Origin: Lepidodermella squamata
Taxonomy: Eukaryota > Animalia > Gastrotricha
DNA: 64,000 nt
Reading direction: 5' to 3'
NCBI GenBank assembly: GCA_047495785.1
Contig: JBLDXI010000042.1
Location: forward strand, 3,162,001-3,226,000
Shown: positions 13,456 through 25,445 of the stretch, in pieces
Layout: the number at the start of each line of letters is the position of its first letter
How positions within the stretch are numbered: position 1 is the first letter of the stretch
The notes under the pieces: model-generated
Database searches by the model: none
What the model was told of the DNA's origin: nothing
The model's input: only the letters and a program-made list of their open reading frames with translations
Made by a program: the position numbers and the translations under genes

Positions 13456-16400
13456 TTAATGAGTATGAGGAGCGTTGCCAGCCCAAAGTTCTGTTACATT
13501 GGTCGAATATTGATAGATGCTGCCGTCTTTTCCCGCAATCGCAATCAAATAACGGCCGTCGCTTGTGAATCGAAGAGCAGTGATATTTTGCGAACACATT
13601 CGGCTTTCTTGTAGCTGTAAATAAATCAGAATTATTTCGGAAAAATTAACGCATTTTTTTTAAGACCAGTAAAGATTTTCAGAGTAAACAAATTGAGAAA
13701 TATTAGAAAATTTTAACACTATTATTCAGAGAGATTTTAACACCTGAACTGGGCGAGGTGAGCTCCAAGCTTCTCTATTAGTTTGGGGAGATTTAGTTGG
13801 CTGAAAGAAATCACCAAATTTTAATCATTTCAGCCAGTTTCTTTTAGGAAAAATCCGGAATAGCCAAGTTTTTACTCACCTTTCCTTCAATTTCCAAATC
13901 AGTTCGCATGCTAGAAAGAAGAATTCGGCCATAACTGGTACTCGATGCCACCAGCCCAGCAATAGGCGAATTTCGAGACACTATATCGCAAGCAGTCAAC
14001 GTCTCGCCTGCTTTCAGTCGATTCATTGCGCCTTAATTTTTCATAAAAATCATGAAAAATATATTGAAACCAGATTTCCGACTCACTTTTCACTAGTTTT
14101 CCAGTCGGGCACGTGTAAGTAGCCCAATCGTCACTTATTGCCGAAGAATCTACTCGCACGATTTTCATGTCCTCAATAGTTGCTAAGTTGAAATTTCCAA
14201 TTAAAAATAAGTAAATATAATTTGACAAATTAAAAAATACCGAAAGCATGATTGCCTGAGCGGGTGGAAACTTGAACCAATTCGGCGACTTCATTGTGCC
14301 AATCAATATTTTGAACAGCCCCCAGTGAATTCTACATATTCAAATAAAATTGTGCAACAGTTTCAAAATTAAAACTGACCTCAATAATTCCAGCTTTGTG
14401 TCTCCGATAAGTCCTACCGCCATCTTCGACCAGAGAAACGTAGACCGGACCGTCCTGAGAGCCGCAGACAATCATATCGCCCTCAGGTGCAAACTGCAGG
14501 CAAGTCAGTAAATCGGTCGACCCAGCCATTTGAACACTGCAGATATGCATGCCGTTGTAGCTATTTAGAACCACCAGACGGCCAATAGACGTTCCAATAG
14601 CTACAACGTCTTCATTCGGATGGAAAGCGATAGATAGACACTGCTTTTCGAGCGGAGTTCGCCAGACTGAACGGTGGATTGGGGCGAACCATTTTATAAG
14701 CTGGCTGTCGTAGCCGCCTGTTACGAAGGTCGAGTCTTTCGAGTGGCACGCCAAGGCCCAAACTTCATCGCTGTGACCTTGAACGATATATCGGAATTTC
14801 CCGATTAAAGCGCCTTCTAAAATGCAGTTTTTCGTCGTTCCAGCGAAAATAATATTGTTTTTGCCGACTACGAGCGATCGGATGAAACCAGAAGATTCAA
14901 GAATCTATAAGGAAAGTTTTGAAAAAAATAAAATTTTCTCGAAATTTTCTCACATTTTGCGCTCCATTTTGGGTGACCTTGTCATCTTTAAGTTCCCAAG
15001 ATTTGACCTCGGCACCTCCGCCGGATAAAAAGTGGCTAGGTCCAGTAACAACTATCGAAAACACGCTTTTCTACAAATTAAGAAAAAAAGAATTAAACCG
15101 AAAATAGGAATAAGTGTTTTTACTTTATGAACTTGGGAAAGACCCTGAGACGCCGAGGCGTTAATTTTGTAGCTTTGTTGTGCGTCTCGGCTCCAAATCA
15201 GCAATGAGCCGTTCGAATCGCCTGTAATTAGATCCCCATTCGGGAGGAAAGCCGCGGATGTCACGAATTTCGGCTGAGGGTACTGATCAGTAAACGCGCC
15301 GCTCGAGGAGTCTCGCGCCAATTTCGCCCCGTTCAGTTTCCAGAAGTACAAATGCTCCTTTCCGAAACTGATCAAAAGGTTCGGATCGTTCGGACAAAAT
15401 TTGCCCCAAACTACTGTGTCAGAAGTTGTCTGTAAAAATAAATAGAAATTCATAAAAAAAATTACAAAATGGATGAATCTATAATAGAGTTTGAAAAACA
15501 CGCGGTTAAATGGTTAAATAAGCAACATAGGCGCAAAATATTTTGCTCAAGGTGGTTATTGAACATAATGGGTTATATAGGATTTGTTGGGTTATAAATG
15601 TTTAACGAAATTCCCAAAGCAACATACAGGGCGAGTGAAAGCTCCTTGCTCATCAATATTTTCCTGAATAGAATTAAACATCACACAGAAAACAGGGTTC
15701 AAGTTCAATTTCGAACGTGGGGGTTGTTAAGTTTGGATCAATCGATTTCGAAAACTTACGATAGTCTGCGCGATTTGCTTGTCATCAGACCATTTCCAGA
15801 CACTCAGAGAGTGGCGATCGCCTTCGTCTAGCACCATCAACTTGCTGCCCTAATAAGCGGACAAAAAATTGTATTGATTTTTCTGCCATTGAATTTTTCA
15901 AAAATTACGTCGGATGAAAAACCAATAGAACAAATGGAGGCTTGGAAAACGCCGAGGCCGATTATCGCAACGGTGTTCAAACTCTGATAGTTCCAGACTC
16001 TCACGTGAGGCTGTTAAAATATCACGTGTCAATTATTTTTTAAATTATAATGGGTAAATTTTCTCGGCAAAATTTTTCAAAAAAACATCAATAAATGGGG
16101 TCAAGCCAAAAATAAACTCGGGATTAAAACGCTCACTGCAGTTGGAAACTGCTCATCCTCCTGTAGACGCATTTTTCATCGGGTATAATTGACAAAAATT
16201 GTCTATGGAAAATTGAAATACCTGCTGATCTGAATGAGGCGGCATAATTTGACCAGTCGCCACGAGAGTATCTTCTGGATGTAGCGCCATACTGTTGAGA
16301 AATGAGATTAAAGAAAATTATGACAAAAATTCCGACAAAAATTACCAATTGATATCTTCAGTGTGAGACTTGTAATGCCGCTGAGTTTCGTTGATTGGGT

Positions 16401-18819
16401 CGTAAACAACCGCGACGATGCCAACATAGTAAAGCAGTTCACCGGTCGGTAGGTAGAACAAATTTTCCCTCGCATCTTTCCCGCGGTAGCCATACACCCA
16501 TTCCAGGGCAAGATTGATGCGACGTTTGATTTTACCCTCCTGCGCCAATTGAGCTTTAGTTATCAGCTTTTTATCGGGGAGAGGCGCAATTTTCGGCGGA
16601 TTTTTACCGCCACGGCGATTCAGGGTTTCGTAAGACCGGGAGCCTCTAATCGGCGACATGGGTTGCTCGTTCATGGAAGACATAAGGCCATCGCCGGAGA
16701 ATGACGACATTCCAGGCGGCAAATCGTCCAAGTCGCTTTCAACCATTCTAGAATCTCGATTTTTTCGCCTTTTATTCGTTTTTCCGACATAATTCGCTTT
16801 CATCGGCGAGTCAGACGGCGAGTGGGATCTGTTTGAAAGCTGGCGGGGCGATAACACTAGAGACGGCGAGTTGATTTGTTTACGAATAAGCCGCTCTTCG
16901 TCGTGCGGTGAGTAGGATTTGATTCCTCGGATTACGTTATTTCTACTCGATTTGCCATTTTTCGACAAAGACCTGTTCGCCTCGTGAGGGTTAGCGTTAG
17001 GGTGGTGGTGGTAACCCGCGGCTTCAGTCGGCATCTCCTCCGAGCCACACACCAGAAACTGCGGGTTTTTCTCGAGTTCTGAATAGAGTTGAGCGAGGCT
17101 TTTCACCTTTTTACACGGCAAGCGACTTGTCCATAGACTGCTGTCTCGATAGCCGAAAAACTGGCCGAATTCGTGGAGCAGCATTTTGAAATTTTTGCGA
17201 TTGCCCGATAGTGAAACTTCAACATGGGCTGTTCGGTTGAAGTTATTTATCAGGCGAATAGTTGCGACTGGATAATTTTCCAGGGTATCATTCGGGTCGT
17301 AATCGCGATACAATGGTATGTCCTCAGCTCGCTTGGTTCCTGAAAAAACATAAAAAAAATATTAAAAGCAAGATTTTCTGAAATTTCAAAGAATAAAACT
17401 CATATTGGCAAACTTCACTCGATATGAAAGAAAAGGAGAGAATCAAAGCGCCCAAAAAGGATCACGCGGTTTGAAATATTTTACCATTGTAAGTCGAAAC
17501 AGGGGGTAGGGGTATGGTCTTAGGGGAGGCATTGTAAGAAGGGCTCCGTTGGGCATATGAGTTCCGGTAGGTGGACATGGAAGTCTGCGGCTCGTCATAA
17601 TAATCGTCTTCTTCGAATCTGCTTTCATCTTTCAGGCAAATAATTCATCAGAATTATAGCAAAATAAAACAATTATGGGCACATTTTATCACACTTTTTT
17701 AGCTATAATTTGAAAATAATAAATGGCGTGACGAGGCACACCCTAAATTTACGGTTCCAGCACTTTCTTTGAACATAAAAGTGGTAAACTATCAAGCCTG
17801 ATCGATAAATATCATTATTAGGATTATTTTGAGCTATTGGCGGTCTGTCTACGAGTTATACTTTGGCCAGTAGAGCCGAGTATCGATTTTACAAATCAGT
17901 GATTTTTCCGATATCAGCAGATTGGGAAGCCAATATTGAACTTTTTCTAAGAGCTTCACTGTTGATCAAGAAAGAAAACGGTCGAAATCGAGAAAATAGA
18001 TGCTACAAAAAGGTCATTTTTAGTGCTGGAATCTCAAGTTTAGTTTTCTAAATATTTAGAAAATTTATAAAAATTCAGAAAATGTACCTCCTATCCGGCT
18101 AGTGTTGACTTTGAGATTATTATGAACTGGCTGAAGCAATCCACCGTAATTAATCGACCGGTCCAGGTGATGCAAATCTGACACTACGTAATTCTGTTGA
18201 TGTTCAAAGTCGGCAATATTATGAATTTCGAAGCCTTGTGGCCATTGGAAGACGCGTTGGCAGCTGAACCCAAATTCTCTTGTCAAATGATGCAAAACAG
18301 CGCCGAGGTTCGCAAATGTCCGATTTATGGACAAAGGCAACCCGCGGTACATTGGATCGCCGTTCTTGTAAAACGTCACCAAACGTCCGTGTTCGATTTG
18401 CGGAATTTTCGGTGGTGGCTGGTAGAACGGGTCGGCGTTATAAGCCGGGCGAGTCGGCGAATTCCCGTTCGAGAAATTTCCACCGCGATTTTTCGCCTTC
18501 TGCCTCGCTTTTCCGACAGTCATAACTTGGCTATTCGGCAGCGATCGACCTGGCGAAAAATCGGCCCGTTGATGGGTCCGTTGTTGCTGCGGCCACGACT
18601 CGGGTGGGGCTGTAGGCTTTTTACGATACAATTCTCGCTCATCCAACTTCATTTTACCAGGCGGTTGCCACGTAGGTGGATCTGCTTTATACGCCCCTGT
18701 TGTTAGAATTGGCAGAAAAAAGTAGTGGGGAGTTTCTATTTAAAGACAGTTTTCATACATTGAGGATGGGGCTTTCTGCCGCGCGGTGGCGATTGATCAC
18801 CGTATTCAGGATGCATCAT
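13456..18819 (-). CDS. Echinoderm microtubule-associated protein-like protein with two N-terminal doublecortin domains (DCX-EMAP-like)
   Basis: DCX domain [13 protein letters not shown]...[27 protein letters not shown] (ORF 18065-18652) and a second, degenerate DCX domain (TIRLINN...KKVKSLAQL...FLVCGSE). HELP motif [33 protein letters not shown]40 exons, WATYTC motif, and a last exon [26 protein letters not shown] ending in TAA at 13456. ATG at 18819 is preceded by an in-frame stop. Confidence 0.85.
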
Positions 18820-19439
18820 AATTTTTTATCCGCCTCTCAACACCAGGTCACATCATTCTTGAATCGACCCGTAATTGAAATACTTCCATTGAGAAAGACT
18901 AAAAAATATTCAAAGGCAGTTACTGGGATACTCGATAATATTATAATATCGTTCGAGTGCGAAGTGTATTATAACATTTGGCTACGGGGTAGGAAAAAAG
19001 GCGTAAAAAACGCGTCTAACTGGTCGATTGGTAGCGCTCGCCCATCGCAGTCAACACAGTGTGTATTATAGAAATTTACGTGTCCAATCGAGCTCGTATC
19101 CCGGGAACGGGTCAATAGCAAGTGCGCGCACACGACAAAAAGCGGCACTCTGTATCGAACGATCATTATACGTATTACGCGGCTGAAAAGCAATGCGACT
19201 AATATATTTATGTTGTTTTTTTCAGTCGATTTTTTTCAACGCAGTCTGATTTGCTTCGACCATGTCGTGGTGATTTTTTCAGCCTCGATTTTCACACCAG
19301 CGGGGTTTGATTGACGTAATTTCATGTATATAACAAGCGCTAGACGAGACATGTGAGTTTTTATTACCAAAAAATGACGAGTAGCAAAAAAGCAAGTTCG
19401 ACCAAAAATACAAACATAGCAACAATAACCCTGAGCATT

Positions 19440-20620
19440 TCAGGAAGCATGCACAGGTCTGGTTAGTAATGACATTAAGGCTTGTTCAACGTTGTTGTTA
19501 CTTTGCCGTAACGCGTCGACGGCTGAATCTCGCGTGAAGCCCATTTCGACAAATCTCGTGATAGCAGTTTGGTCGAGCTGGGCGGGCCTTGGACTAGCCC
19601 GCGCCATCATTCGACGTTGAAACTGCTCCATCTAACGTAAAAAAAAACTGTTATTAAAAATTAAAACAAAATCATTTTGCATACCATTTGAATCTCTTGA
19701 GCTTCGATCGTCGCGGGGAAGTTTGAAAAATCGATTATCAGGACGTCATCAGAGGGAAATTTGATGTTATTCAAAATCGAAAACCACTGTTGACACCAAA
19801 GCACATTCTTTTTCGCTAGAAATCCACCAAACTAAGAATTTAAAGATACAGAATATTTTTTTGAAAACAATCGATTACCAGTCCGGCGATAGCTCCAAGT
19901 AGAGTTGTATCACTGTAAGCAGCAATTTGAAAGCCAACCAGATAAGTGATCGTTTTATTGGTCAGCCAAAATCGTGATGTTCCGATGGAAGGAATCGAAA
20001 AATACGGGACGAAAAACCCGAAAATCACTGGGATTCTAATGAAGCAATTCAATTCGCGAATCTGTTGTCGCTGAATAACTTACGGGCCAAAATCCAGCCG
20101 TTTTCGCGGGAAAGCGAATAACAATGTTAAAATTGAAACCAAGGCAAACACCATTTGACACAACAAGAGCACCTAAGAAAATTCACAATAATTTAAAGGT
20201 ATAACGTCTATCAGCCCTCAACTCACCATAAAATGTCTAGATCCGTAATTCCTCTCGACTTGGCGAAATTTGTAAACTATGACAGCGGAAAATATCGCTT
20301 GATGAAGGTGGGCGAAGCAGTGCAACGAAACAAAAAGCCTCAAAAACTGAAATTAACACAGAAATTAAATAGTTTACTTGCATGGTAAGAGTTTTTCAAA
20401 CCTTGAAATTATCAAAAATGTCGCTGTAGTCAAACGTCAAGATGCTAGGATCACCGAATAACTGAGCTGACAAAGTTGCGACAAGGATAACCGACAGGCA
20501 AACTTTAGAAATTGGAGCATTTTCTGTTGACGGCATATGGTATAACACTAATATAACAATTTCCGCAAACATACTGAAACCTTGACCATCCAATTGTTGT
20601 GCCATTCTGTTGGCTTCCAT
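19440..20620 (-). CDS. UBAC2: Ubiquitin-associated domain-containing protein 2 (rhomboid-like TM region + C-terminal UBA)
   Basis: NAPISKV..., YKFRQVERNYGSRHF and LTNKTITYLVGFQ motifs, hydrophobic segments, and a C-terminal UBA domain ITRFVEMGFTRDSAVDALRQSNNNVEQALMSLL. Start is either 20620 or 20605. Confidence 0.82.
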
Positions 20621-20931
20621 CAATTTCAATGTAAAAACGGGGTTATCTATATGAATAAGAGTTACTTTTTTGGCTGACACGACGATAGATAAGCAATTAG
20701 CATTAATTAAAGAAATGTCACTTAGCCATAGGCACCAAAATAAAGCTATCCTACAGACTCTGAATGAATGTTTAAGAAAATATTGGCGTCATCGATGAGA
20801 ATATTTTATTTATTTACTACCAATGAGAAATTCACCTATAAGCTGCGCAGTGCAGATGCAGAGCTCCAGTTTCAACAATCTATGCGCATGGTCGCCGGCG
20901 GGCGCTAACGACCTTGACCGAGGGCAAATGC

Positions 20932-21269
20932 AAATTGACCTCCCCTCTTTATCCGTCATATATTGCTAGGATTTTTTCCCTGAGATAGCTCGCATCTTGG
21001 TTTAGAAAAATGGATTAGGGACCAATGGAGTATTTCACCATTTAGCCGGGGAAATATCGGCCGGAAAGTAGCGAAGGACCAAATAGCGCGCAATTGCGCA
21101 ACTTTGCTCGCTAACTGGTCCTAACTTGGACCTTTCAGGCCAGCATATCCCTGATAAAACAACGAGCTAGGGTATCGATTCCTAGCTCAATTTTCTTAAT
21201 TGAGATCTCGGCTATCTAGGCATGTAATAAGTTTTTGAATATCTGACGGATTAAAAGGGGGCGTGATTT
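20932..21269. repeat. Degenerate long palindrome (old MITE) between UBAC2 and SELENOT
   Basis: Arms CCCCT.TT.ATCCGTCA.ATATT...AGATAGC...AGGACCA..TAGCG.GCAA are inverted around a central GCGCAATTGCGC. Confidence 0.65.
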
Positions 21270-23099
21270 CTGTGGGAAAAGCGGCGAATAAGCGCAATGA
21301 ACTGGCCACTGTCACGAAGTCTTTCATTTGCAAAAACCTGCAATGGTTCACGGAAACAAATGAGCTGTGTATTTATATTTTTAGTTTTCAGCTACGTAAT
21401 CATACCTGTCTACCTAATGCTTCTTCCCGCGAATAATTTTGTAATAGTAAAATAAGAGTAAAAGACCAAGTTATTTAAATGAAAGCCTCTACGATATTCC
21501 CCCAATTTGTTGCTGAATTTACAGCCCAATAAATCACCAGGTGTGTCCATTGGTTCTTTAGTGAAAACAATTCGAAATTGGCCCTACTTGGCCCTTAATT
21601 TCATCGCCTGATAAGCATGAACCATTCTGGTGAGATATCTCTAAAAAGCTGAAGTAGTGGCGCCGTCGTTGACCTGAGCAGACGACACGGTTGTATCCAC
21701 GGAGGCCGCCTAGGGATGCACACGTGGGCCGCCATGACTCTCCATTAGAGTGGGAGGGAGAGTGGGTAGCCAGCTCACCCTCGAATCTTCCAATCCTCCA
21801 AACCATCATCATCAATTCGAAATTACCTGCAAACATCAAGGTTGCTAAGAAAGGGAATACCTAAATCTAGCTGACGGTAAGATAAATTTAGTACCTGCAT
21901 TCGCACCCTCAGATAGATAAGTGTATATTAGGATTTTTCTTCCCCAACTTTGGGCCACTCAGCTGTCAGCTGACTCGAAGACAGCTAGTTCTAGTCTCAT
22001 TCAGAAATCAAAAAAATTTGTGGCCGAAGTTGCGTACACGTGACACCAACAAAGAAGGCGACGGAAGACGGAATAACGTTCCCCAGGGTGCTAGCAGGGT
22101 GGCGCACAAAAGTAAAAAACTGTCCACTTCCTTCGAGACAGAAGGAACCAACTTCCACACCGCTCAGATCGCGAAAATAAAATCCCGCGATAAAAAATAT
22201 TAGCGCCAAAAGTCGAGACACCGGTGTTATAACAAAATATGACATGCAGCATAAAATCAATTTTGATGATATAAATATTGACGGGTGGAATAATCTGATA
22301 ATTTATTGAGAAATCGTTGGGTTAATTGAGTGAATAGGCAAGTTTTCAGGGGAAATATCTGGAAAGCCAAAAATCGTCCTCTCGGTCAGTTCAACGCTGA
22401 GAACTGAATGCGAGCCCTATATCTAGATCGCGGTAATCCACACATCAATCCAAAGCAAAGGAACGCTGACAGTGCCAATACCCAATACGTGGCAAGAAAG
22501 ATGGGCCCCGTCCCCTTCTCCTTCTGAAGAAACATCCTCCTCATTCTTGCATCTCGACAATTTTTTTAGGCTGTACACAATGCTTGTAGAGCATTCTTAA
22601 ACGAAATATTCCCAAGAGTAACGTCAGCTAAAGCTTGCTTCCCTAATGGAAAGATCTTAGATCTTAGAACCTCGAACCTCTGAAATTTACTTCTGTCTTC
22701 TTCGGGCTCTTGTAGTTATAGAAGGGCAAAGATACTTATTAATATTTGCCCCTGTTTGCTCATTCATGAAGATTACGAGCACATAACACGCGGAGTGATC
22801 TGTTTTTCATATAGACGGCTACCGATGGAAAAGAGTGAGAAAGGATACACATATTCGCCCATTTCTGCGCAGCCTTTGTCAAGTGTCAAGTTCATGAATG
22901 TCGTGAATGGCGTGAGCACTTCATACGCGTTCATCGAATTTGATGAGTTTGAAAAAGGCCAACTGCTTACGCCTAATACCAAGAGATAGGCAACTGAATT
23001 GACTAGTGTGGTCGATAACGAGTGTACTAATATGCATAATTTATACTTATTAGGTTTTAAATTATCGCGTTTAAAATGATATAAATTGTTAACTAAGCA

Positions 23100-23896
23100 A
23101 TGGCCGAAATTCAACGCCTCTTAGGCGTGGTTATCGGCTTGGTGTTTCTCATGGTGCTACGTGATTTTACAATATCGAATACTGCAGCTGAGAAAGATAA
23201 GCATCATAAAGATTCATCACATTCTCCACAAGAAACGCTTTCAAAGCGACAAAGAGAAATTCCCAAGCCTAATTTTAATAGTGCCGTTGGCCCAGTACTC
23301 AAGTTCTCTTTTTGGTAAGTATTTGTAATTTTAATTTAATATCATGATTAAATTTATCTTTATTCAGTTATTCATGAGGGTACAAGCGAGTTTTCGAGCA
23401 ATATTCACAGTTGATTAACCAGCGATATCCATCTATCCGAGTTGAAGGTTCCAATCATCCACCGACGCCTTTGAACATGGCTCTTGCCCAAGGCTTAAAC
23501 ATTGCAAAGATCGTGCTCATTATTGCAATTATTTCCGGCCGCAATCCATTTGAAATGCTGAATTTACCCACGCCGAGCATTTATCTATCGGCGCTAAACA
23601 ACAAAATGTACTCATGTTTCATGCTGTTCTTTCTATCCAACTTGATCGAAGGGCAACTCATGTCTACCGGAGCATTCGAAGTTACATTTAATGGTAATTT
23701 TACTGAAGACTATATTATTATTTCAAGTCACAACACATTTTCGTTCTTAGATATGCCCATCTGGTCAAAACTGCAATCTGGCCGAGTGCCGGAGCCTGCT
23801 GAAATGTTCCAAATTTTAGACGGTCAAATGCGGTTATCCCACCCGACACAGGATGCTAATCAAATGGATTTTATGAAATTCGATGGAACCAATTAA
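23100..23896 (+). CDS. SELENOT: Selenoprotein T; exons 23100-23314, 23368-23693, 23751-23896; Sec UGA at 23375-23377
   Basis: Splicing gives GPVLKFSF-C-Y-S-U(TGA)-GYKRVFEQYSQLINQRYPSIRVEGSN..., the SelT CxxU motif. Also an N-terminal hydrophobic signal, NLIEGQLMSTGAFEVTFND and PIWSKLQSGRVP. Confidence 0.95.
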
Positions 23897-24002
23897 AACT
23901 CAATCAATCAAGTGAATATCGACGTCTGCTGGTGTTGCTCGAAACTCGCTGCGCTCTTGTTTTAGCCCGTGCGCTTATTCTCAGCAATCTGTCGGTCAAA
24001 AC

Positions 24003-24066
24003 TTCAGATTTTATGAAGGCGAACTCTGAAATCGGATTCCGAAGGGGTTTGCTCGAACGCTGTGAA
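24003..24066 (+). promoter_or_regulatory. SECIS element (type 2) in the SELENOT 3' UTR
   Basis: AUGA at 24013 pairs with CGAA (core with tandem G.A/A.G). A 10-bp helix GGCGAACUCU/GGGGUUUGCU follows, then unpaired GAAA and the apical mini-stem UCGG-AUU-CCGA. Lower helix is UUCAG/CUG(U)GAA. AATAAA lies downstream at 24212. Confidence 0.9.
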
Positions 24067-25445
24067 AATGGTGCACTAGTTCTTCGTTGTCCCTTTCAGT
24101 CTTTTCATTAGTGTCTTTGAAGTTATTGTATAAAAAAAACGAAAAATATCGAGAGAAATGAAAAATTATGATGGATAAAATTTGCGTTGAGAGTTTTGTT
24201 AATTTTTCGGAAATAAAAATACCTATTTGTTTTGTGCTCTCACAGACCTGCGTTTATTGCCTACACAGCATGATATCAGAGGGGTGTGTCAATATGTGAT
24301 CATTCCAGATTACACGTGCCAAGTGCTGAGTATAAGAAGCAACTTAGCACGACGGTTAAATTTAAGTAAGTTTAAAAAATAGGGGTTTTACTCGAAAAAC
24401 ATATCTGGCCTTCGAAGTTATAGTTCGGACTTACATATGTCGGAAAAATTCGAATGGCTCGTAAAAAAGCCCCATTGAATTATCCTTATAATTTGGACAA
24501 TTTCTGGCCCATTTTCAAGGTTCAAGAGTCCGCATTACGCGAAAATGATAAAAAACGATCGAAAGCTATAAGCGAAACCGAATTTCCTACGGCTGAAAGA
24601 ACTGATGGTTATACATATTCGATCATGTTTTTTAAGTAGGTTTCACATCCAGCGATCACCGCATCAGGTGAGACATCAGGTGAGGTCGAGGAGTTAGGTC
24701 CTAAAAAAGCAGGTATACAAATGGAACCTCAAAAATTAGTATTATAAATACTAAAGGCAACCCTGAATTCGTGGGGGCGGGTGACTGATTCTTTTGGTTT
24801 GCCTTGCCTTCGCCTTCCTCAAAACCCGAAAGGGTATAGACGCTCAGTCGCGGGGAAGTGAAACAATAAAATCATTTTCCTGAATTCGCATGATCCAGAG
24901 TAATTTCCGTAGAGCGAATGTAAACGTGGCACCTGCATGTTCAGAAAAAAACCATGAGATCAAATATCGAAATTTGATGAACCTCGCAGAGATTATTGAA
25001 GTTGAAAAATATGAGGTGGCTTTCCCAGTATTACACACCGTGGATGAAATACGCAAGTAGCTAAGTGTTAACGATCACTGGTGGTGTTTCGAGGAACCTA
25101 AACTAGGACATTTTTTGAAAATTCAGTACATGAAGTGCTACGATCTAACTGTTTGTTACTGCCAGCCCTCGATAGCTTTTAGTAGCGAAATCGAAAAGCG
25201 CACCTCGCCTCGCCTTCGCTCATCAATAAGCGCGTAGTTATTCCCTGGTGAGTTGGAACGCGATCAGCAACCTGAGCACTGTTTTTTCGCACCGTGCGCG
25301 TTGCTACAATATTATTACTTATGTACGAAACAAAATAGCCGCACCTGCACCCTAGCAGTTTTAGCCACCCCTTGAACTAGCCAATTCATACACCACCTGT
25401 CTTTGCCAAATCATTAATTGCAAATTTAATAATTCTGGCTAATAT

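Noticed and set aside
21558-22740. Mixed-composition intergenic sequence between UBAC2 and SELENOT, as a possible gene or TE remnant
   Set aside because: Only short ORFs without motifs; I could not define termini or an exon chain.
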